Source: Alphaproteobacteria bacterium (GTDB taxonomy: Bacteria; Pseudomonadota; Alphaproteobacteria; CALKHQ01). Taken from it: DNA of 64,000 nt. Under the pieces are notes generated by a model that saw nothing but the letters and a program-made list of their open reading frames with translations, was not told where the DNA came from and ran no database searches. The stretch covers positions 2,208,001-2,272,000 of the forward strand of contig CBDDFZ010000001.1 of the NCBI GenBank assembly GCA_965227515.1, read 5' to 3'. Position numbers and translations under genes: made by a program. Below, one piece after another: positions 10,530-19,889 of the stretch (position 1 is the stretch's first letter; each line of letters opens with the position of its first letter).

Positions 10530-10872
10530 GGAAGGGATGAGGGCGCCGGCACCGCCGCGCCAGCGCTGGTAGCTATTCGATTGACAGACCTGAACGGTTC
10601 ACGCGACCGCATACCGCGCCACCTGGGAGGAAACGGCCGGCGGGACAGCCGGCGGGGGCAGCAGATTGCTGACTCACTCTGTTTCAGTCAATCGTGACCG
10701 CCAATTACACGATGGTCTAGCCCATCCCTCCAATACCGCGCCGGCCGGAGCCCACCCGACTCAATTGCGCACGCTGATCAATGCAAACGGTCTCGACTGC
10801 TGAGTGACAGCTGGTGCGCTAACGGAGGACGAGCGCTGATGCGAAGGCAGTCTGCGGATTTGAACTCTCAAC

Positions 10873-12300
10873 CTATCGAGCCGGATGGAGCACGGGTGAC
10901 TGGGAGCACACCGTTAGTGCCTTTGAGCCGCGCGTCATTGCCACATACAAATTGCGCGAGTCGAGCGCTGCCGCGTTCAGGATGACGGCTGCATCCGCTT
11001 CCAACCCTTTAAGGAGCAATGTACTGCCAACAGCGCGCTTTGGCAGCGGCCTGCCGACCAGTCTGTTCTGTTCGCGCATCCGAATTGCAGCATCGTGGAA
11101 ACTTGGACCATCTGACTCATCGCAGAGTTGTAGCGCCTTGATGCATGCCCTTAGCACTGCAGGTCGATGAGCAGTAACTCCGGCCGCCCTACCAATTTCG
11201 ACCAGTACATCTATTGCGGCGCGGTGCGATGGTGCGTGCATGAATGATAGGGCTTTGGCCTCTACGTTCGTTGGCGGATTGCGGGCGGTTCCCTTCTCGA
11301 TTGAATGGACCCGGCGGATTAGATCGGCCGCGCCAACATTCCGCATAACGCTTTGGGCGAAGTCAGCTAGGCTCTGCAGCGCATTGGCCGCATTAGGATC
11401 AAAATCCCTTGCGAAAGACACCAAGTCTCTGAGATCAACTGACTCCACAGCAACGGCCCCAGGGGTTTGGCTAGCAAACTGCCGTTGACTGGTTGGGCTT
11501 GTGCTGTCTCCAATAATGAGGACAGTACCATCGCCCCCGGGTGCGCGCACACGCGCGGCACGTAGTCGCCTCTGGTGGTCTTCGGTTCCATCCAACTCCA
11601 CCCATGTCACGCTTTCTGGCGCCGTCCGCAGATCGATAGGCTCGCCTCTCAAGAGCCTTTTGCGCACTTCAAGTAACCATTGGCCTAGCGGTTCGGCTCC
11701 TGCGTTTATCCAACGCCACGGTGTGCCAAGCTCTCCCGCCAGCGGAAAATGTCTGCAAATCTGCACATCCCATTTGGCTAGGTCATCACCGCCAAATCCG
11801 AAGATTGCTTGCATAGGATCGCCAAGCACGCAGGTCGGCAGCGTCTGCGACGCGTAACCCACTACGCCATGCTGGCGGATGGAACAGTCCTGGTACTCAT
11901 CCACGATAAGGCGGTCGTACGTCGCTGCGATGACGTCATTGATGTGTCCAGCCCTGAGCAGCTTGGCGGCAGCGACCCGGATATTCGGATAGTCGGTGCC
12001 CGGGGTTGCCAATGTTAGGAGCTTAGTGTCATGGGCGCTTCGCAGGGGAAAAGTCGAAATGAGCCGCATCGCCCATCCGTCGATCGTCGAGAGACGATAA
12101 GCCTTGGTCGGCACACCCAGGCGGTCGAGTCGCCCGCGCAAGGCCACCACACCTGCGTTGGTGTGCGTCAGAACAAGGACTGGCTTGTTGCTCGAATGGC
12201 GGCTCAGAGTGTCAGCAATCAGATGCGTCTTGCCGCAGCCCGCCGGCGCCGTAATCGCCCCTCGTTGGATCGCAAGCAGGTCGATCTCATCGTCCGGCAT
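10873..12300 (-). CDS. gajB: UvrD-like SF1 helicase, GajB-like
   Basis: APAGCGKT, LIVDEYQD, LGDPMQAIF, KGLEAD and LYVAMTRG motifs; short UvrD overlapping the OLD nuclease gene by 14 nt. Confidence 0.8.
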   Translation of the reverse strand: MPDDEIDLLAIQRGAITAPAGCGKTHLIADTLSRHSSNKPVLVLTHTNAGVVALRGRLDRLGVPTKAYRLSTIDGWAMRLISTFPLRSAHDTKLLTLATPGTDYPNIRVAAAKLLRAGHINDVIAATYDRLIVDEYQDCSIRQHGVVGYASQTLPTCVLGDPMQAIFGFGGDDLAKWDVQICRHFPLAGELGTPWRWINAGAEPLGQWLLEVRKRLLRGEPIDLRTAPESVTWVELDGTEDHQRRLRAARVRAPGGDGTVLIIGDSTSPTSQRQFASQTPGAVAVESVDLRDLVSFARDFDPNAANALQSLADFAQSVMRNVGAADLIRRVHSIEKGTARNPPTNVEAKALSFMHAPSHRAAIDVLVEIGRAAGVTAHRPAVLRACIKALQLCDESDGPSFHDAAIRMREQNRLVGRPLPKRAVGSTLLLKGLEADAAVILNAAALDSRNLYVAMTRGSKALTVCSQSPVLHPAR

Positions 12301-14017
12301 CGTCTACCCACGCAAAGATGCCGTCGATTAGCTCTTTGAATCCAACGTCGGCATTCACAAGGTCCGGTCCCACGATGTCACGTGCAACTTCCTCCATCCA
12401 AGTCACTGACTTATACCAGCCGGCTTTTCTAGTTCGTGCGGCTCTTCCGAGGAGGGCGCGGCTTTCTGGCGAGAATCCGTCAAAGAGAGACTCAGTCCGG
12501 ATATCATTTAAGTCTTTGGCGTTTAGGGAAGCCGACTTAATATGGTCGTCAATCAGATCTTCCCCGTGTAATTCAACGGCTCGGTCGATCAGGTCGCCAA
12601 CTGCTTTGTCCGTCAGGCTTAGAAACAGCTCATCTTCGAGAGCTCGGCCGCCGCGCCAGGCGGTTACTTTCCCACCGTTGGCGCAAAAAGCCTCCTCCAC
12701 TGTGTCGGTCGGCTTCTTGTCGTCATCTCTGACCACTGCAGCGCGATAGCCTAAGGCATGAAACACGGCAGCACGCCTAAAGGGTCTATCGGCGTCCCCA
12801 CCAGCGCAATCGACGAGTGCCGTTCCTTGGGCCGACATTGACGTAGCGCCGTTGGCGGTTCGGTGCTGATCAAGCCCGCGCATCAGGCCTACCTCGCTCG
12901 CACCCTCGCAGATGATGATACCCGGGGCGAGGAAGGCATCGGGATAGAGCCGAATAGTGCTCTGTATGTCGTCGCTCGTTCCAACGACCACGACTTCCTG
13001 CCCCGCCGTCGTATTTCTTGTGACGAATAACTGGTCCCCAGAAAGCTCGCGCAATACAACTGGTGAATGGGTTGTCACGAATGCCTGGAGAGGTGGACGC
13101 GTCTCTTTCGCGCCGAGCGAACTAAGTAGGCGGATGATCCGATGTGGCTCCAGCCCATGCTCCAATTCATCAATCAGGAGTATTGAGGATTGCGCCGCTG
13201 CCTTCCGTTGCAGGCCAGTAATGAGCAACCTTGCCGATCCGGTGCCTAGACTGCGCAGAGGCACACCACCCTCATCGTGCAACGAAATTGTCCCACCACT
13301 GAACGACACAGAATGCGCGTCGAGCATTGCATTAATGTTCTCCCCGACATTGATGCCGAGTTCCCTTGCTGTGGCCCCGACTATGCCAAGCGTCTCGCCA
13401 AGTTGTTCTTGCGCCTGGTCGCCAAAGGCAGTCCGGGCGTCGCGGGCTACCTTAGCCAGTGCGGCGGTGGCATCTGCACGTTCTTCTGAAACCCGATTAA
13501 GAACTGAGCCTCGACGCCAGCTCATATGATAGTCCGCCATCACACCAACACGGGTGGGAGCCAAGCGAAGGCGATCAGACCAGTTCAGGTTCCTGGAGAG
13601 GCCTTGCGCTCGGGCGCGATCAGACTCGAGCGACCAGACGGGTTCCAGGTCACTGGCGACGGAGAGCTTCATGGTGAGGACGGTTTCGTTATCACTCTCC
13701 GGTTCATCCTCCACCTTGCCGGTCTCGGAATTGAACGCCCGAACATACATGCCATAGGCATCAAGATTTTTTAGACCGTCGTCCAAGTCGCCGAGTGTGA
13801 CGGCGATCGTGATTGGCTTATCCACGTCGAGCAGATGGAAGTCTGCATCATTAAATTGGGCGGTCCGGCGGGCTCCAATGCACAAGTCTATTGCGTCTAA
13901 AATAGTTGATTTTCCAGCATCTCCAGAGCCAATTAGGCAATTAATTCCAGGTTGTGGTTGCCATAGTAGTTCTTTAATACCTCGGAAATTCTTGATTTCG
14001 ACGAGTCGTATTCGCAT
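12287..14017 (-). CDS. gajA: OLD-family ATP-dependent endonuclease (ABC ATPase + TOPRIM), GajA-like
   Basis: IKNFRGI, Walker A GSGDAGKS, Walker B LLIDELEHGL, H-loop TTHSP, TOPRIM ICEGASE and RDDD. Confidence 0.85.
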   Translation of the reverse strand: MRIRLVEIKNFRGIKELLWQPQPGINCLIGSGDAGKSTILDAIDLCIGARRTAQFNDADFHLLDVDKPITIAVTLGDLDDGLKNLDAYGMYVRAFNSETGKVEDEPESDNETVLTMKLSVASDLEPVWSLESDRARAQGLSRNLNWSDRLRLAPTRVGVMADYHMSWRRGSVLNRVSEERADATAALAKVARDARTAFGDQAQEQLGETLGIVGATARELGINVGENINAMLDAHSVSFSGGTISLHDEGGVPLRSLGTGSARLLITGLQRKAAAQSSILLIDELEHGLEPHRIIRLLSSLGAKETRPPLQAFVTTHSPVVLRELSGDQLFVTRNTTAGQEVVVVGTSDDIQSTIRLYPDAFLAPGIIICEGASEVGLMRGLDQHRTANGATSMSAQGTALVDCAGGDADRPFRRAAVFHALGYRAAVVRDDDKKPTDTVEEAFCANGGKVTAWRGGRALEDELFLSLTDKAVGDLIDRAVELHGEDLIDDHIKSASLNAKDLNDIRTESLFDGFSPESRALLGRAARTRKAGWYKSVTWMEEVARDIVGPDLVNADVGFKELIDGIFAWVDDAGR

Positions 14018-14029
14018 CGTATCACCTCT

Positions 14030-14200
14030 CTTTCGATGAAAAACTGTAAATTAATTGAAATACTAATAGGTTATCTCTAAGTATATTATTCATATATATT
14101 CAAAATGACAAATATTTTGTCTATGTGTAGAGTTAAATATTTCTGTTTGCTTGATATTTTGCAAATTTTCTCTATTCCTAACAATCGAATGATCTTTGTG
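14030..14200. other. Very AT-rich segment upstream of the gajA-like gene
   Basis: Composition shifts abruptly from the GC-rich background; inverted repeat GACAAA-N3-TTTGTC at 14107-14121. Confidence 0.7.
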
Positions 14201-14313
14201 GTCGAAGATGTGGGATTGATGTCTGATTATGTTCCGGAGATGACCCGTTCTACGATACCGGTATTGGTTTGTCGTGGGTGAAGTTGCGGGCCAATACCTT
14301 CTTGCTCCTAGCG

Positions 14314-15009
14314 TCAAATCACCCTCCGCAGCGATGCCTCGATCCGGCCGCCGCACCACTCGTCGCCATAGGCGGCGTCGCTCCTTCGGCGCAGGTCGGC
14401 CTGGGCGGGCAGGGCGGCGATCCGGTCGGTGAGGCCAGCGAGCGCGGGAGCCGAAGCGTCCAGCAGCGGGCGCAGGGACGGTAGCTTCGCGGTCATCACG
14501 CCCCAGAGCGTGGCGGCGACAAGGTCGGCCAGCCCAGGTGCCTCGGTCCCCAAGAGATAGCCGCCGTCCTCGGTCAGGCCGTGCTTGCGGCCCAACGCCT
14601 CGAACATCGCCATCCAGCGTGCAAGCCGGGGGCGAAAGTCGTCCCACAACGCCTGCGTCCACATCCGCGCACCGTTGTAGAGCGTCATCTCGTAGAGCAC
14701 GTCGTTGGCGTCGGCGATGACCTTGTGGGTCAAAGCCGCGCCGGCCGGGTCGCCGGGCACCAGATCGTACTTGTCCCCGAGATAGGTTAGGATCGCCTGG
14801 GTCTGGGCCAGCGTGATGCCCGCCGCGTGGTCGGTCAGAACCGGCGGCCCCATGTGCGGCACGAGCTGGTCGGCGGGATCGCGGCCCTTCTCGGCGATCA
14901 GCGCGTCGATGTCGACCTCGTCCCACGTGGCGCCGGCATGGGCGAGGACCGCGCGGACGAATTCGCCGCGAAACGGCAGCGGCCAGTAGGCAAGCGTGTA
15001 GTCGGCCAT
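14314..15009 (-). CDS. Glutathione S-transferase
   Basis: YWPLPFRGEFVR, MGPPVL, LAQTQAIL and GLADL motifs. Confidence 0.85.
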   Translation of the reverse strand: MADYTLAYWPLPFRGEFVRAVLAHAGATWDEVDIDALIAEKGRDPADQLVPHMGPPVLTDHAAGITLAQTQAILTYLGDKYDLVPGDPAGAALTHKVIADANDVLYEMTLYNGARMWTQALWDDFRPRLARWMAMFEALGRKHGLTEDGGYLLGTEAPGLADLVAATLWGVMTAKLPSLRPLLDASAPALAGLTDRIAALPAQADLRRRSDAAYGDEWCGGRIEASLRRVI

Positions 15010-15111
15010 TGATCGGTCCATCGTTTGCTGCACGCGGTGGCGAACCCGTGCCGGTTGCAGGCTGCCGACAAGGCCATAGGGCGCCGGGCAGAAGCGTGGA
15101 TATTATGCGCC

Positions 15112-15855
15112 ATGTTCGACCCGGCGATGATGATCCTGATTGCCGCAACGTTCCTGCTGGCCGGGGCGGTCAAGGGCGTCATCGGCCTGGGCCTTCCATC
15201 GGTCAGCCTCGGCCTGCTGGCGGTGGCGCTGGACCTGACCACGGCGATGGCGCTGCTGATCGTGCCGTCGCTGGTGACCAACCTGGTCCAGGCGAGTGTC
15301 GGCGGCAAGGCCCGCGCGATCCTGAAGCGCATCTGGCCGTTCCTGGCGATGGCGACGGGCACGGTGTGGATCGGCGCGACCGCGCTGACCCGGGTCGATC
15401 TCGATCTCCTGTCCTGCCTGCTCGGCCTGCTGCTGATGGTTTACGCCGGCCTCAATTTAGGTGGCGTGAGGCTGACCATTCCGGCCAATCGGGAGGTCTG
15501 GGCGGGGCCGGTGTTCGGGGCCGCGAACGGCATCCTGACCGGGATGACCGGCTCGTTCGCGGTGCCGGGCGTGATGTTCCTGCAGGCCATCGGCCTGTCG
15601 CGCGACATGCTGGTCCAGGCCATGGGCATGCTGTTCACGGTATCGACGATCGCGCTCGCACTGGCGCTCCACACCAACAGCATCATGACCGCCGATCACA
15701 GCCTGGCGTCGGCGCTGGCACTGGTGCCGGCGCTCATCGGCATGTTCGCGGGCCAGGCGATCCGGCACCGGTTGACCGAGGCCCGCTTCCGGCGCGTGTT
15801 CTTTGTCGCGATCCTGGTCCTGGGCGCCTACATCGCGATCCGCGCAGTGCTCTAG
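15112..15855 (+). CDS. Sulfite exporter TauE/SafE family membrane protein
   Basis: AGAVKGVIGLG and GILTGMTGS repeats; about 8 TM segments. Confidence 0.85.
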   Translation: MFDPAMMILIAATFLLAGAVKGVIGLGLPSVSLGLLAVALDLTTAMALLIVPSLVTNLVQASVGGKARAILKRIWPFLAMATGTVWIGATALTRVDLDLLSCLLGLLLMVYAGLNLGGVRLTIPANREVWAGPVFGAANGILTGMTGSFAVPGVMFLQAIGLSRDMLVQAMGMLFTVSTIALALALHTNSIMTADHSLASALALVPALIGMFAGQAIRHRLTEARFRRVFFVAILVLGAYIAIRAVL

Positions 15856-15868
15856 GCGGGGCGGAGTC

Positions 15869-16426
15869 TTACAAGGCGGCCGACAGCAGCACCTGCGCCG
15901 CCGCCTTGGCGTCGCCCGCCGGATCGGCCTCATGGCCGAGATGGGCCGTCACGATGGCGCCTTCCTTCAGCAGCAACAGGGCGCGCGCCAGGGCGGCGGG
16001 GTCGTCGGCGCCGGCCTCGGACGCTATTTCGCGCACTTGCCGGAACAGCAGCCGCTTGTGCTCGGCGGACTGGGCGTGGATCGGGTGATCCGGATCGGGA
16101 AACTCCGACGATGCCTTGATGAACATGCACGACCGGAACTGCGGCTCCGCGAACCACTCCGCCAGCGCGTCGAACATCGCCAGCAACTGGTCTCGCGGCG
16201 GCCCGGCCTCAGCCATCCGGCCGAACATCCAGGTCCGGAAGTTCTCGTCGCGCAGCTTCAGCACCGCCAGGATCAGCTCCTCCTTGGTGCGGAAGTGATT
16301 GAACATCGTAGTCTTCGAGATGCCGGTCTCGGCCGCCAGCAGGTCCATGCCGGTGGCGTGAAACCCCTCCCGATAGAAGGTCGTGAGTGCCTTCTGTACC
16401 AGCTCGTCGCGTTTGCTCGGGCGCAT
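15869..16426 (-). CDS. TetR/AcrR family transcriptional regulator
   Basis: GFHATGMD...GISKTTMFNHFRTKEEL HTH; C-terminal SCMFIKA containing a Cys. Confidence 0.93.
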   Translation of the reverse strand: MRPSKRDELVQKALTTFYREGFHATGMDLLAAETGISKTTMFNHFRTKEELILAVLKLRDENFRTWMFGRMAEAGPPRDQLLAMFDALAEWFAEPQFRSCMFIKASSEFPDPDHPIHAQSAEHKRLLFRQVREIASEAGADDPAALARALLLLKEGAIVTAHLGHEADPAGDAKAAAQVLLSAAL

Positions 16427-16439
16427 GGTCCCTCCAAAG

Positions 16440-16619
16440 TGTACTGATCGGTATATGCACTCGCACGCGCCCCGCGGCAAGGGGGTGCATGAAAAATCAC
16501 AGAAAATCAGGGTGTTGGGGTGAGGGTGCCCGATTAATTTACCGATCGGTGCATTTTTCTATTGCGTAACTGAACAGATCGGTCTAGTTATCTGGCAACA
16601 AACTGAACAGAACGGTACA
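16440..16619. promoter_or_regulatory. Four copies of a 16-bp palindromic operator, consensus approximately TGWACNGATCGGTNYA
   Basis: tgtactgatcggtata at 16440, tttaccgatcggtgca at 16538, tgaacagatcggtcta at 16571 and tgaacagaacggtaca at 16604, in the divergent intergenic region. Confidence 0.8.
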
Positions 16620-16634
16620 TATTGGAGTTGCGCG

Positions 16635-17099
16635 ATGAGCCGCCTGCCGCTGCCACCCTTCGATCCAGCCTCCGCCGTCGCCAAGGTGCGCGCGGCGGAG
16701 GACGCCTGGAACAGCCGCGACCCCGCCCTGGTTGCCGCCGCCTACACGCCGGATACGGCATGGCGGAATCGCATCGAGTTCCTGCGTGGCCGCGCCGAGG
16801 TCGAGGCGTTCCTGACCCGCAAGTGGCAGGCGGAGCTCGACTACCGGCTGATCAAGGAGCTGTGGACGTTCGGCGGCACGCGGATCGCGGTGCGCTTCGC
16901 CTACGAGGCGCGCAGGCCGAACGGCCAGTGGTTCCGCGCCTACGGCAACGAGAACTGGGAATTCGCCGCTGACGGGCTGATGGCCGCGCGCCGGGCCTCG
17001 ATCAACGACCTGCCGATCGCCGAGGGCGACCGCCTGTTCCACTGGCCGCTGGGTCCGCGGCCGCTCGACCACCCGGGCCTTTCCGACCTCGGGCTCTAG
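16635..17099 (+). CDS. DUF1348 / NTF2-like family protein
   Basis: [28 protein letters not shown] and YGNENWEF signatures. Confidence 0.88.
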   Translation: MSRLPLPPFDPASAVAKVRAAEDAWNSRDPALVAAAYTPDTAWRNRIEFLRGRAEVEAFLTRKWQAELDYRLIKELWTFGGTRIAVRFAYEARRPNGQWFRAYGNENWEFAADGLMAARRASINDLPIAEGDRLFHWPLGPRPLDHPGLSDLGL

Positions 17100-17185
17100 G
17101 ACGTCCGGAGAGGCCGGACCGACTGTACCCAACCGCACCCAACCCCACCGGGCCACGTGTGCCCGCCAACACAGGAGACAGACCG

Positions 17186-18046
17186 ATGACCCGTTGCACT
17201 CACCACCACCACCATGAACACGCCGACCATGCCGAGGGCGTCGGCCGGCGGGGCTTCCTGACCGCCGGTGCGGCCGGCATGGCGGCCGGGGCCGCGGCCA
17301 CCGCGGTCGGTCTTGCAGGGCGTAGTGCCGAGGCGGCGGGCCTGGAAGCCTATGCCGAGCCGGCCAACCCGGCGCTGCCGCCGGCGACGATGGAACTGGA
17401 GAAGGGCCGCGCAGCGCTGCTGGTGGTCGACCCGCAGATCGATTTCCTCAGCCCCGATGGCGTGGCGTGGGACGTGGTCAGCGAGAGCGTCACCGAGCAC
17501 AACGTGGTGGCCAATCTCGGCCGGCTGTTCGCCGCCGCCAAGGCCGCCGACATGCCGGTGGTGATCTCGCCCCACTACTACTATCCGCACGATCACGGTT
17601 GGGCGTTCGAGGGCGCGCTGGAGAAGGTGATGCACGCCATCGGCATGTTCGACCGTCCGGGGCCGTTGGACACCGCTGGGCTGGAGGGCTCGGGCGCCGA
17701 CTTCATGCCCGAGTACAAGGACCACATCTTCGACGGCCGCACCATCATCGCCTCGCCGCACAAGATCTATGGGCCGGAACAGAATGACGCGGGCTTGCAG
17801 TTGCGCAAGCTCAGGGTCGACCAGATCGTGCTGGCCGGCATGTCCGCCAACCTCTGCGTCGAGGCGCATATGCGCGAGTTCATCGAGCAGGGATTCGAGG
17901 TGGCCGTGGTGCGCGACGCCACCGCGGGCGCCAAGGTGCCGGAGGGCGACGGCTACCTCGCCGCCCTGATCAACTTCCGCATGATGGCGAACGCCGTGTG
18001 GGCCACAGACGAGGCGGTGGCACGGATGGCCTCGCTCACCGGCTGA
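17186..18046 (+). CDS. Tat-exported cysteine hydrolase (isochorismatase family)
   Basis: GRRGFL Tat motif; catalytic D (VVDPQIDF), K (PHKIY) and C (GMSANLCVE). Confidence 0.85.
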   Translation: MTRCTHHHHHEHADHAEGVGRRGFLTAGAAGMAAGAAATAVGLAGRSAEAAGLEAYAEPANPALPPATMELEKGRAALLVVDPQIDFLSPDGVAWDVVSESVTEHNVVANLGRLFAAAKAADMPVVISPHYYYPHDHGWAFEGALEKVMHAIGMFDRPGPLDTAGLEGSGADFMPEYKDHIFDGRTIIASPHKIYGPEQNDAGLQLRKLRVDQIVLAGMSANLCVEAHMREFIEQGFEVAVVRDATAGAKVPEGDGYLAALINFRMMANAVWATDEAVARMASLTG

Positions 18047-18250
18047 CCCTCGCAACCCATCCCGACATTGGCTCGGCCGCGTCTTGGCCGGGCCCCCGGT
18101 TCGGGCGCGCAATAGGTCACTGAGGTGGCGCGTGTCCCGAAACCGCCGGCTAGCCCGGCGAACCCTCCCGCTCGCCTGCTGGCCGGCGGAATCCACCAAA
18201 CCTGCCTGCTGGTTAGAGACCCGTGGGCGCATCGGAAAAGGACCATCGAG

Positions 18251-18778
18251 ATGAAGACCATCAGCAAACTGATCGCCGCCACGGCCGTCGCCTCCGCCGC
18301 CATTGCCGGGGCCGCCGCCTTCGCCTCCACCGGATTCGCGGACGACGAGTACAACGTGTCGACCGGCACCACGCTGAGCGGCGCCGGTGTCGCGCTGCGC
18401 GGCAGCGACGTCGTGGCGCTTGCCACCGGCCTGGAGGTGACCGACGGCGATGCCGCCTACACCTATGAGCTCGACGGCGTCGCCTACTACTTCGCGAGCG
18501 CGGAGACGATGGCGCAGTTCGCCGAGAACCCGCCTGCCTACATGCCCCAGTACGGCGGGTTCTGCGCCTTCGGTGTCGCCATCGGCATGAAGCTGGATGC
18601 CGACCCGCACTACGCCGACATCGTCGACGGCAAGCTCTACGTGTTCCTGAATGCGGTCGCGTTCCAGAAGTACCTGGACGACAAGGCGGGCACCCTTGCC
18701 CTGGCCGAGCAGAACTGGCCCGCGATGCAGCATGTCGCGGTGCCTGAAGTCAACGGCCTGACCGAGGTCGGCGGCTGA
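18251..18778 (+). CDS. Secreted YHS-domain protein
   Basis: Sec signal peptide; YYFAS..F..NP..YMPQYGGFCAFGV and IVDGKLY motifs. Confidence 0.85.
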   Translation: MKTISKLIAATAVASAAIAGAAAFASTGFADDEYNVSTGTTLSGAGVALRGSDVVALATGLEVTDGDAAYTYELDGVAYYFASAETMAQFAENPPAYMPQYGGFCAFGVAIGMKLDADPHYADIVDGKLYVFLNAVAFQKYLDDKAGTLALAEQNWPAMQHVAVPEVNGLTEVGG

Positions 18779-18871
18779 GCCCTGTGCGGATGAATGTTTG
18801 CGACAAGACGCTGGCGGGGGCCGTGCTTCCGTCAGCGTTGAGTTTGCTGCAAGCCGCCCAACTGCCTCTGG

Positions 18872-19795
18872 CTAAGTGGCTGCCACCACGTCGAAGCCGG
18901 CGCGCGGGAAGTGGATATTCACCTCGCCGACACGGGGGTGGGCGCAGCGGATCACCAGGTTCCGCGCATTCGCCGTCAACAGGGTTCCCCGCACGGGGTC
19001 GCGGCCGGTGTCGTCGGGCGTGACCGTGACCTCGGTGCCGAGGCTGAGGCCGGACGGGTCGCTGTCGGCCGGGTGGGCGGGCATCTCCGGCTGGGTGTCG
19101 TGGGCGATGGCAATCGCCTGCTCGGCGCTCATCTCCTCCGGCTTGCCGTGGCCAAGTGCGGTGACCCGCGCATACCACTCGTTGAGCGGCGCCACCGGCA
19201 GCTTGGCTTCGGCTTCGGGGCCGCCCTGTGTCTTCAACAGCCACAGGTCGCAATAGGCTGCCAGGTCGGCCGCACTCGGCGCCTTGCCGAGCAGGAAGGG
19301 CCGCCCGTCCGCCAGCATGGTCGCGAGCCAGTCCAGATGGGCCGCGCCCTGCTGCAAGTGGCGATGCAGCACGGGGGCCACGTCCTCGGCCGCCAGTGGA
19401 AAGCCGAAGGCCTTGCGCTCGGCCACGAACTCGGGCGGGATCTTGTGGCCGATGGTGTCGGCGACGACGCCCAGCGCCGGCCCGAAAATGAACCGGTCCG
19501 CCCACCAGGCCAGCGCCAGCGCGATGCCCTCGTTCCCGTCCGGGTACAGGCTGGGCTTGGGGTGCAGCTCCTCGATCACCCGCAGGATCAGCAGCGTGTC
19601 GCAGAAGATGTCGGCGCCGATCTGGAGGACGGGAGTGCGCCGGTAGCCGCCGGTCAGCGGCAGCAGGTCCGGCTTCGGCATCGCCGGCGGAATGTCGACG
19701 GAGCGATATTTCAGACCCTTCAGGCCGAACGCGAGGCGCACCCGTTCCGAATAGGTCGAGATCGCGTAGTGGTGCAGGATGATTTCAGGGGTCAT
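18872..19795 (-). CDS. Glutathione S-transferase family protein
   Basis: HHYAISTYSERVR, PKPDLLPLTGGYRRTPVLQIGADIFCDT and VNIHFPR motifs. Confidence 0.88.
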   Translation of the reverse strand: MTPEIILHHYAISTYSERVRLAFGLKGLKYRSVDIPPAMPKPDLLPLTGGYRRTPVLQIGADIFCDTLLILRVIEELHPKPSLYPDGNEGIALALAWWADRFIFGPALGVVADTIGHKIPPEFVAERKAFGFPLAAEDVAPVLHRHLQQGAAHLDWLATMLADGRPFLLGKAPSAADLAAYCDLWLLKTQGGPEAEAKLPVAPLNEWYARVTALGHGKPEEMSAEQAIAIAHDTQPEMPAHPADSDPSGLSLGTEVTVTPDDTGRDPVRGTLLTANARNLVIRCAHPRVGEVNIHFPRAGFDVVAAT

Positions 19796-19889
19796 GCCGC
19801 CGCTCCGTTGCCGCCAAACCATGCCAATCTTGCCAGGGGATGGCGTCCAGCGCGAACCCGACAGGCGTCCCTAGCCATCGAATGCATCA

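Noticed and set aside
10845-10872. GTTCAAATCC on the minus strand next to the Gabija-like cassette, as a possible tRNA-derived att site
   Set aside because: The flanking bases do not form a T stem or acceptor end, and there is no matching repeat at the other boundary.
16440-16619. Repeated 16-mers as a mini CRISPR array
   Set aside because: The repeats are too short, irregularly spaced and degenerate, and there are no cas genes. TetR operators fit better.
18251-18778. Possible selenoprotein, since some YHS-family members carry Sec
   Set aside because: The GGFC cysteine is encoded by TGC and there is no in-frame TGA.
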